Positions 7,350 through 13,941 of a stretch of 13,941 bases of DNA are shown here, piece by piece (positions within the stretch are counted from its first letter, which is position 1; each line of letters begins with the position of its first letter). The stretch covers positions 1 to 13,941 of the forward strand of contig JBBQEB010000101.1 of assembly GCA_038320275.1 (NCBI GenBank), in the 5' to 3' direction. Source of the DNA: Myxococcales bacterium. GTDB lineage: Bacteria; Myxococcota; Myxococcia; Myxococcales; Anaeromyxobacteraceae. Both the position numbers and the translations under genes were made by a program. Below the pieces are notes generated by a model, which ran no database searches, was not told the origin of the DNA, and saw only the letters and a list, made by a program, of their open reading frames with translations.

Positions 7350-9075
7350 GATCCGCGTCGAGGCCTCGCCCCGCAAGCACGTCCTCACCATCGCGGTGGA
7401 GGACTACTTCCAGGCCACCGCGCTGCAGGGCATCGTTCCCTCGAGGCAGTGGGCTCGCTTCGAGCGGCGCGTCGAGAACAACACGCGCCGCACCCTCGAC
7501 CTGCTCGACGCCTGCGGCGCGAAAGCGACCTTCTTCGTTCTGGGGTGGATCGCGGACGAGATGACGGAGCTGGTGCGGGAAATCGTCGTCCGCGGCCACG
7601 AGGTCGCCAGCAAGGGCTATCACCACCGCCCGCTTCGCGAGATGACGACCGGGGCGTTCCGCGAGGACCTCCTCCACGCCCGAGAGGTCATCGAGCGCGC
7701 CGGGCGGCGGAAGGTCCTGGGCTATCGCATCGCGACCGGCAGCTTCGGCCTCGAGGACCTCTGGGCGCTCGACGTCCTCGCGGAGGAAGGCTTCGCCTAC
7801 GACTCGAGCATGTACCCACGGCTCCGCTCCATCGGCGGGGAGGCCTGGCGGCGCTTCCCGTTCCGCCACGTCTCGCCTCGCGGAGACGTCATCGTGGAGG
7901 TGCCGCTCTCGAGCTACCGCGCCGCCGGCCTGTCCATCCCCTTCGCCGGGGGAAACTACTTCCGGCAGCTCCCGCACGCCTTGGCGAAACGCGTTCTGCG
8001 CGAGTGGGATGCCCGCTACGAGGCACCGTTCGTCCTCCACTTCCACGTGTGGGAGCTCGACCCCGAGCAGCCCTCCATCACGGCCGCGGGGGCGCTGGCG
8101 CGCGTCCGCCAGCAGCGCAACCTGGCGCGGATGCCGGAGCGCATCCGAGATCACCTGCAGACATACCGGTTCGGAGGCGTCGCCGACTACCTCGGGCTCG
8201 TGCCCGCGGCGCTCGAGGAGCGGCCTCGCCCTCCAGCGCCCGTGCGACTCGCCACGCGGGCGACCACGCTGCGCACCCCGGTGACGGTGGTTGTGCCCTG
8301 CTACAACGAGGAGCTCGTCCTCCCCTACCTCGCCAATACTCTCAAGGAGCTTCGGCGCGACCTCGAGAGCTTCTACGACCTCCGCTTCGTCTTCGTCGAC
8401 GACGGGAGCAGCGACCGAACCTGGGACGACCTCCACCGCCTCTTCGGTTCGCTGCCGAGCTGCTCGGTCATCCGCCAGCCCCGCAACATGGGGGTCGCGG
8501 CCGCCATCCTGGCCGGGATCCGCGCCTCCTCCACCGAGGTGGTCTGCTCCATCGATTGCGACTGCACCTACGACCCGCACCAGCTCGCGGGGATGATCCC
8601 GCTCTTCGGCGATGGCGTCGACCTCGTGACCGCGTCCCCGTACCACCCGGACGGCGGCGTGCTCAACGTGCCGGCCTGGCGGCTCGCGCTCTCGAAGAGC
8701 CTGTCGCGCATGTACCGGGTCGTCCTGGGCGAGAAGCTGGCGACCTTCACGAGCTGCTTTCGCGTGTACCGGCGCAGTGCGTTCATCGACCTCGACCTCC
8801 ACGAGAGCGGCTTCCTGGGGGTGGCGGAGATGGTGGGGCTCCTCGCCATGCGCCGTGCCCGCATCGCAGAGTACCCGGCGCTCCTCGAGGTCCGGATGCT
8901 CGGCCGTTCCAAGATGAAGATCCTGCGCACCATCCTGGGCCACCTGCGGCTCCTGGGAAGGTTCGCGTTCCTGCGCGCGCAGCGCTCGTGGTCGCCGCGC
9001 CCGCCGCTGTCCCGCCCGGCCTCGCCGGGTGTTTCCGAAACCGCCGATGGGAGATCCGACAAATGGGTGAAATGA
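7342..9075 (+). CDS. Fusion: CE4/DUF3473-like polysaccharide deacetylase domain (degenerate) + DPM/DPG-synthase-like GT2
   Basis: N-half: VEDYFQ, KATFFVLGWIA, GHEVAS, YDSS, GGNYFR, FHVWELDP. C-half from ~8281: VVVPCYNEE, FVDDGSSDRT, N.GVAAA, IDCDCTYDP, TSCFRVYRR. GGAGG RBS; 8-nt overlap with wecB. Confidence 0.88.
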   Translation: MAEIRVEASPRKHVLTIAVEDYFQATALQGIVPSRQWARFERRVENNTRRTLDLLDACGAKATFFVLGWIADEMTELVREIVVRGHEVASKGYHHRPLREMTTGAFREDLLHAREVIERAGRRKVLGYRIATGSFGLEDLWALDVLAEEGFAYDSSMYPRLRSIGGEAWRRFPFRHVSPRGDVIVEVPLSSYRAAGLSIPFAGGNYFRQLPHALAKRVLREWDARYEAPFVLHFHVWELDPEQPSITAAGALARVRQQRNLARMPERIRDHLQTYRFGGVADYLGLVPAALEERPRPPAPVRLATRATTLRTPVTVVVPCYNEELVLPYLANTLKELRRDLESFYDLRFVFVDDGSSDRTWDDLHRLFGSLPSCSVIRQPRNMGVAAAILAGIRASSTEVVCSIDCDCTYDPHQLAGMIPLFGDGVDLVTASPYHPDGGVLNVPAWRLALSKSLSRMYRVVLGEKLATFTSCFRVYRRSAFIDLDLHESGFLGVAEMVGLLAMRRARIAEYPALLEVRMLGRSKMKILRTILGHLRLLGRFAFLRAQRSWSPRPPLSRPASPGVSETADGRSDKWVK

Positions 9076-10301
9076 AGCTCGTTGCAGCACCGATGAAGTT
9101 CCCTTCCGATCAGGACGCCTCCGGGCGCACGCTGGGCGTGGAGGAGATCGAAGCGGTCTCCAGGGCCATCCGCAGCGGCACGTTGACCAGCACGAAGGGC
9201 TCCTTCACCAAGGAGCTCGAGAAGCGCTTCGCGGAGCGTTTGGGCGTGAAGCACGCCTATGCCTGCGCCTCGGGGACGGCCGCGATCCACCTCGCGGTGG
9301 CGGCGATCGACCCGGAGCCCGGCGAGGAGATCATCACCACCGCCATCACCGACATGGGCGCCCTCACGCCCATCCTGTACCAGGGCGCCATCCCCGTCTT
9401 CGCCGACGTCGATCCCCTCACGTGCAACGTCACGGCGGAGACCATCGCCGCGCGCATCTCCGAACGCACGCGCGCCATCATCGTCACGCACCTCTTCGGC
9501 AATCCCTGCGACATGGCGCCCATCATGGCGCTCTCGCGCAAGCGCGGCATCCCGGTGATCGAGGATTGTGCGCAGGCCTTCGACGCGACCGCGGGCGGCG
9601 TCCCGGTCGGGCGCGTGGGCGCGATCGGCTGCTTCAGCCTGCAGCAGGGCAAGCACATCACGACGGGTGAAGGCGGCCTGGTGGTGAGCGACGACGACGC
9701 GCTCGCCCGCCGCATGTACCTCTTCATCAACAAGGCGTGGGGCTACGGCGATCCCAACCCGGACCACTACTTCGTGGCCCTCAACTACCGGATCAGCGAG
9801 CTGCAGGGCGCGGTCGCCTTGGCGCAGCTCGACAAGCTCGCCTTCAGCGTCCGCCAGCGGACCGCCATGGCCGAGCGGCTGACGCGTGCCCTGAAGGGAG
9901 TGCCGGGGATCGAGACGCCCCACGTGCACGCCGGCAACGTTCACACGTACTGGAAGTATGCGCTGCGCGTGGATGGCAACGTCATCGAGGGGGGCTCTCC
10001 GGGGCTTGCCAAGGCCCTCAAGACCTACGACGTCGCCTCGATGCCTCGCTACATCCAGAAGCCCGCCTTCGCGTGCCAGGTCCTGCGCGAGCAGCGCACC
10101 TTCGGCAAGAGCCGCTGGCCCTTCACCCTGGCGCGTCCCGAGGCCGTGGACTACGCGCCGGCGCGTTTCCCCGGTACCTTCTCGGCCCTCGAAGGCGTGC
10201 TCGTCCTCCCCTGGAACGAGGGTTACGTCGAAGCGCACGTCGATCACCTCGCCGCGTCCATCCGGGACGCGGTCCAGAGCCTCGTCAAGGAGCGGTCATG
10301 A
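9072..10301 (+). CDS. DegT/DnrJ/EryC1/StrS PLP-dependent sugar aminotransferase
   Basis: SGTAAIHLA, PVFADVD, VTHLFGNPCD, IEDCAQA, FSLQQGKHITTGEGG (PLP Lys), LNYRISE. ATGA overlap at 9072-9075. Confidence 0.95.
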   Translation: MKLVAAPMKFPSDQDASGRTLGVEEIEAVSRAIRSGTLTSTKGSFTKELEKRFAERLGVKHAYACASGTAAIHLAVAAIDPEPGEEIITTAITDMGALTPILYQGAIPVFADVDPLTCNVTAETIAARISERTRAIIVTHLFGNPCDMAPIMALSRKRGIPVIEDCAQAFDATAGGVPVGRVGAIGCFSLQQGKHITTGEGGLVVSDDDALARRMYLFINKAWGYGDPNPDHYFVALNYRISELQGAVALAQLDKLAFSVRQRTAMAERLTRALKGVPGIETPHVHAGNVHTYWKYALRVDGNVIEGGSPGLAKALKTYDVASMPRYIQKPAFACQVLREQRTFGKSRWPFTLARPEAVDYAPARFPGTFSALEGVLVLPWNEGYVEAHVDHLAASIRDAVQSLVKERS

Positions 10302-11299
10302 GCGAGCCAGTTCCCTTCCTCCTCGTCGGCGCGGGAGCCATCGCGCAGTCCTACGTGCAGGCCATGACCGACACCGGTCTGGCGCGGCTCATCGCAGTCG
10401 CGGATCCCAGCGCTCCCGCCGCCAAGGCCATCGCCGACCGCACGGGCTGCCGGGCTTATCCGTCCGCCGAGGCTGCGCTCGCGAGCGAGCGGCCGCAGGC
10501 GGCCATCATCTGCACCCCGCCCTCCACGCACGCGGACCTCACGGTCCAGCTCCTGGAGGCGGGCGTCCACGTTCTGTGCGAGAAGCCGCTCGCGCCCGAC
10601 GTGCGCAGCGCCCGCCGCATGGTGGAGACCGCCGAGAAGAAGGGGCTCCTCCTCACCATGGGGTCGAAGTTCCGCTACGTCGGCGACGTCATCGAGGCGA
10701 AGGGGCTCATCCGCTCGGGCATCCTGGGTGAGATCATCCTCTTCGAGAACACCTTCACCTCGCGCGTGGACATGTCGAAACGCTGGAACGCCGACCCCCG
10801 CATCAGCGGCGGCGGCGTGCTCATGGACAACGGCACTCACTCCGTCGACATCGTCCGCTACTTCCTCGGCCCCATCACCGAGGTGCAGGCCGTCGAGGGC
10901 AAGCGCGTCCAGAAGCTCGCGGTGGAGGACACCGCCCGCCTGTTCGTGCGGAGCGAGAGCGGCGTCGTCGCGAACGTCGACCTCTCCTGGAGCCTCAACA
11001 AGGACCGTGACAGCTACATCGAGATCTACGGTTCCGAGGGCACCGTCCGCGTGGGCTGGAAGGAGTCGAAGTACCGTCACCAGTCGAGCCCGGCCTGGCT
11101 GCCGTTCGGCCGGGGCTATGACAAGGTGGCGGCCTTCCGCCACCAGGTAGAGAACTTCGTCCGGGCGATGCGCGGGGAGGAGCCACTCCTCATCACGAGC
11201 GAGGACGCCATCGCCTCGGTGAGCGTCATGGAGGCGGCCTACCGCAGCCTCGGGCACACCGAATGGGCTCGCGTCGAGCGGCTCGCGAACGCGGCATGA
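10298..11299 (+). CDS. Gfo/Idh/MocA family NAD(P)-dependent oxidoreductase
   Basis: VGAGAIA Rossmann motif, ICTPPSTH, HVLCEKPLA, GGGVLMDNGTHSVD. AAGGAG RBS; ATGA overlap. Confidence 0.93.
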   Translation: MSEPVPFLLVGAGAIAQSYVQAMTDTGLARLIAVADPSAPAAKAIADRTGCRAYPSAEAALASERPQAAIICTPPSTHADLTVQLLEAGVHVLCEKPLAPDVRSARRMVETAEKKGLLLTMGSKFRYVGDVIEAKGLIRSGILGEIILFENTFTSRVDMSKRWNADPRISGGGVLMDNGTHSVDIVRYFLGPITEVQAVEGKRVQKLAVEDTARLFVRSESGVVANVDLSWSLNKDRDSYIEIYGSEGTVRVGWKESKYRHQSSPAWLPFGRGYDKVAAFRHQVENFVRAMRGEEPLLITSEDAIASVSVMEAAYRSLGHTEWARVERLANAA

Positions 11300-11934
11300 G
11301 CGTCCGCGTCCACCCCACCGCGCTGGTCGAGCCGGGCGTCGAGATCGGCGAGGGCAGCTCGATCTGGGACAGCGTTCACGTCCGCGGTCCCGGCACCCGC
11401 ATCGGCCGGGACTGCATCGTCGGCGAGAAGTCGTACATCGCCTACGGCGTCGAGATTGGCGATCGGGTCAAGATCAACGCGATGGTCTACATCTGCAACG
11501 CCGTGACGATCGAGACGGGCGTCATGGTGTCCGCCAGCACGACCTTCACCAACGACCGCTTTCCCCGGGCCACCACCCCCGATCTCGCCGCGCTGCGCAG
11601 CTCGGCGCCGGACGAGCACACCCTCGCCACGCGCGTGCGCGAGGGTGCCACCATCGGCGCCGGCTGCATCGTGGGCTGCGGCCTGGAGATCGGCCGCTTC
11701 GCCATGGTGGGCATGGGCTCCCTGGTGACGCGGACCGTCCCCGACTTCCACCTGGTGGTGGGGCAGCCGGCGCGCTCCATCGGCTGCGTCTGCCGCTGCG
11801 GAGAGCCGTTTCTGCGCTTCGCGCCCGGCGCGACGCCGCCGGCGCGCGAGGAGGTCCCCTGCCCCGCCTGCGGGCTCCGCTACGCGGTGCGGGACGGCGC
11901 CGTGACGGAGCTGGCTCCGCCTGCCGCCGCCTGA
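11296..11934 (+). CDS. Hexapeptide-repeat (LbH) N-acyltransferase, WbpD/WxcM-like, with Cys-rich C-terminus
   Basis: VHPTALVE..VEIGEGSSIW, FTNDRFPRA, GATIGAG, VGQPAR, and CVCRCG...CPACG. ATGA overlap. Confidence 0.92.
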   Translation: MSVRVHPTALVEPGVEIGEGSSIWDSVHVRGPGTRIGRDCIVGEKSYIAYGVEIGDRVKINAMVYICNAVTIETGVMVSASTTFTNDRFPRATTPDLAALRSSAPDEHTLATRVREGATIGAGCIVGCGLEIGRFAMVGMGSLVTRTVPDFHLVVGQPARSIGCVCRCGEPFLRFAPGATPPAREEVPCPACGLRYAVRDGAVTELAPPAAA

Positions 11935-11938
11935 GCCC

Positions 11939-13252
11939 ATGCCGGAGCCCAGGCTGTCGTACGCCGTCGTCGGCGGTGGAATGGTGGGGCTCACCCTGGC
12001 GCGGCGGCTCGCGCAGGGGGGGAGCGCGGTCACCGTCTTCGAGGCCGCGCCCGAGCTGGGCGGCCTCGCCTCGCCGTGGACGCTGGGCGACGTGACCTGG
12101 GATCGGCACTACCATGTCACCCTCCTCTCCGATGCGCGGCTGCGCGCACTGCTCGGCGAGCTGGGGCTCGACTCCGAGATGCGCTGGGTGACGACGCGCA
12201 CCGGCTGCTACACGGACGGCAAGCTGTACTCCGTCTCGAACAGCCTCGAGTTCCTCCTGTTCCCTCCGCTGGGGCTGATCGACAAGCTCCGGCTGGGCGC
12301 CACCATCGCCTATGCATCCCGGGTGTGGGACTGGCGCACGCTCGAGCGCATCACCGTCGGTGACTGGCTCACCCGCCTCTCCGGGAAACGCGCCTTCGAG
12401 AAGTTCTGGCTCCCGCTCCTGCGCTCGAAGCTGGGCGAGAACTGGCGCGTCACCAGCGCCGCCTTCATGTGGGCCACCATCAGCCGGCTCTACGCAGCCC
12501 GCCGGAGCGGCCTCAAGCGCGAGCTGTTCGGTTACCTCCCGGGCGGCTACGCGCGCTTCCTCGGCGCCCTCCGCGCCGCGCTGGAGGCGCAGGGGGCCGT
12601 CGTGCGACTCGGCACGCCCGTCTCGACGGTGGGCCCCGCACCCCAGGGCGGAGTGGCGGTGACGCTCCCCTCTGGCGAGCAGGCGCGCTTCGATCGCGCG
12701 GTGGTCACGCTCGCTTCGCCGCTCGCGGCGAAGCTCTGCCCCGGCCTCCGCGAAGACGAGCTGGAGCGGTTGCGCGGCGTGCTCTACCAGGGGATCGTCT
12801 GCGCCTCGGTGCTCCTCGACCGGCCGCTGTCCCCCTACTACGTCACCAACATCACCGACGAGGGCCTACCCTTCACCGGTATCATCGAGATGACCGCGCT
12901 GGTGGATCCGGCCGAGCTGGGCGGGAAGCACCTCGTCTACCTGCCGCGCTACGTCGCCGAGGGCGATCCCTTCTTGCGACTGGACGACGCGGGGGTGGAG
13001 GCAGCGTTCCTCTCCGGCCTCGAGCGCATGTTCCCCACCTTTCGCAGGGCCGACGTCCGCGCCTTCCGCCTCTCGCGGGTGAGCCACGTCTGCGCGGTGC
13101 CCACCCTGGGCTCCTCCGAGCGCGCTCCGCCGGTGCGCACCAGCATCCCGGGCCTGTTCCTGCTCGGTTCGGCGAACGTCGTCAACGCGACACTCAACGT
13201 GAACGAGAGCGTGCGCCTCGCCGAGGCCGCCGTGCAGGAGGAGCTCCGATGA
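11939..13252 (+). CDS. FAD-dependent oxidoreductase (amine oxidase/HemY-like superfamily)
   Basis: VVGGGMVGL dinucleotide-binding motif, FEAAPELGGLA, WDRHYH, GYLPGGY. Starts 4 nt after the upstream stop. Confidence 0.88.
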   Translation: MPEPRLSYAVVGGGMVGLTLARRLAQGGSAVTVFEAAPELGGLASPWTLGDVTWDRHYHVTLLSDARLRALLGELGLDSEMRWVTTRTGCYTDGKLYSVSNSLEFLLFPPLGLIDKLRLGATIAYASRVWDWRTLERITVGDWLTRLSGKRAFEKFWLPLLRSKLGENWRVTSAAFMWATISRLYAARRSGLKRELFGYLPGGYARFLGALRAALEAQGAVVRLGTPVSTVGPAPQGGVAVTLPSGEQARFDRAVVTLASPLAAKLCPGLREDELERLRGVLYQGIVCASVLLDRPLSPYYVTNITDEGLPFTGIIEMTALVDPAELGGKHLVYLPRYVAEGDPFLRLDDAGVEAAFLSGLERMFPTFRRADVRAFRLSRVSHVCAVPTLGSSERAPPVRTSIPGLFLLGSANVVNATLNVNESVRLAEAAVQEELR

Positions 13253-13941
13253 AGAGCAGCCACCCCATCGCCAGCCTGTCCCTCGACCTCGACAACCAGT
13301 GGTCGTACATGAAGACCCACGGCGACGCCGGCTGGGAGAGCTTCCCGTCCTATCTCGACCTGGTCGTGCCCCGCTTCCTCGAGATCCTGGCCCGCCGCTC
13401 GCTGCGCATCACCGTCTTCGTGGTCGGGCAAGACGCCGAGCTCGAGGCGAACCGCGCCGCGCTGCGCCGCATCCCGGCGGCGGGACACGAGGTGGGCAAC
13501 CACTCCTTTCACCACGAGCCGTGGCTCCACCTCTACGGCGAGGCGCAGGTCGGGGAGGAGATCGCGCGCGCGGAGGCCGCCATCGAGGCCGCCACCGGGT
13601 CCCATCCGCACGGCTTCCGGGGGCCGGGCTTCAGCATCTCGCCGGCGGTGCTGGAGGTGCTCCTGCGGCGTGGGTACCGCTACGACTGCTCCACTTTCCC
13701 AACCTTCCTCGGCCCGCTGGCGCGCGCCTTCTACTTCCTCAAGTCGGACCTCTCCCGCGAGGAGAAGGAGCGCCGGAAGAAGCTCTTCGGTGGAGTGGCG
13801 GAAGGGCTGCGGCCCATCGATCCCTACCTGTGGCAGCTCGAGGGCGGGAAGTTGCTGGAGATCCCGGTGACGACGCTGCCAGGCGCGCGCGCTCCGTTTC
13901 ACCTGAGCTACGTGCTCTACCTGGCTTCCTTCTCGCGGCGC
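13249..13941 (+). CDS. Polysaccharide deacetylase (CE4/NodB family), 3'-partial; absent from the ORF track
   Basis: ATGA overlap at 13249-13252 with AGGAGGAG RBS. Translates MKSSHPIASLSLDLDNQW...ITVFVVGQD...GHEVGNHSFHH...GFRGPGFS...YDCS...LEIPVT and stays open to the window end. Confidence 0.92.
   Translation, partial: MKSSHPIASLSLDLDNQWSYMKTHGDAGWESFPSYLDLVVPRFLEILARRSLRITVFVVGQDAELEANRAALRRIPAAGHEVGNHSFHHEPWLHLYGEAQVGEEIARAEAAIEAATGSHPHGFRGPGFSISPAVLEVLLRRGYRYDCSTFPTFLGPLARAFYFLKSDLSREEKERRKKLFGGVAEGLRPIDPYLWQLEGGKLLEIPVTTLPGARAPFHLSYVLYLASFSRR

Noticed and set aside
7449..9071. 950-aa ORF suggesting a giant aminotransferase fusion
   Set aside because: The N-terminal ~540 aa is Arg/Pro-rich off-frame shadow of the deacetylase-GT2 gene. 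The real start is the ATGA overlap at 9072. The same applies to the extensions at 685, 5877, 9737 and 11263.
6213..11934. Complete Wbp pathway to UDP-ManNAc3NAcA (WbpB/E/D/I)
   Set aside because: The epimerase has canonical WecB motifs (GTRPE, GDTTT, GNT, HRRE) rather than the WbpI-type motifs as I recall them (GARPQ, GDTNS, GDVM), and no WbpA dehydrogenase is in the window. Not excluded, but unsupported, so wbp symbols were not assigned.
6159..13902. Long antisense ORFs (6159-7391, 6832-9090, 8568-10247, 10244-11257, 12949-13902; also 874-2394)
   Set aside because: Expected stop-poor antisense frames in high-GC genes; no recognisable motifs.

Overview
GC-rich bacterial window, most likely myxobacterial (Anaeromyxobacter-like, inferred from gene content and Ig-repeat lipoprotein style), lying entirely inside a cell-surface polysaccharide/glycan locus. 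Layout: (+) partial Wzy/O-antigen-ligase-like membrane protein and a GT4 glycosyltransferase; a ~160-bp palindromic intergenic element; (-) a three-gene block (SAM methyltransferase, Ig-PT-Ig-GH5 lipoprotein, small membrane-anchored TPR-like protein); then a tightly coupled (+) operon: WecB epimerase, a CE4/DUF3473-like deacetylase fused to a DPM-synthase-like GT2, DegT aminotransferase, Gfo/Idh/MocA oxidoreductase, hexapeptide acyltransferase, FAD oxidoreductase and a second, intact CE4 deacetylase (partial). Most notable: the right-hand operon looks like an Arn-analogous oxidise/aminate/acylate/lipid-load/deacylate amino-sugar pathway built from different parts; the fused deacetylase domain appears catalytically degenerate; the GH5 resembles GH5_10 mannanases; and the 2333-2491 element is MITE- or ncRNA-like. 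All assignments come from motif recognition by eye; no searches were run.
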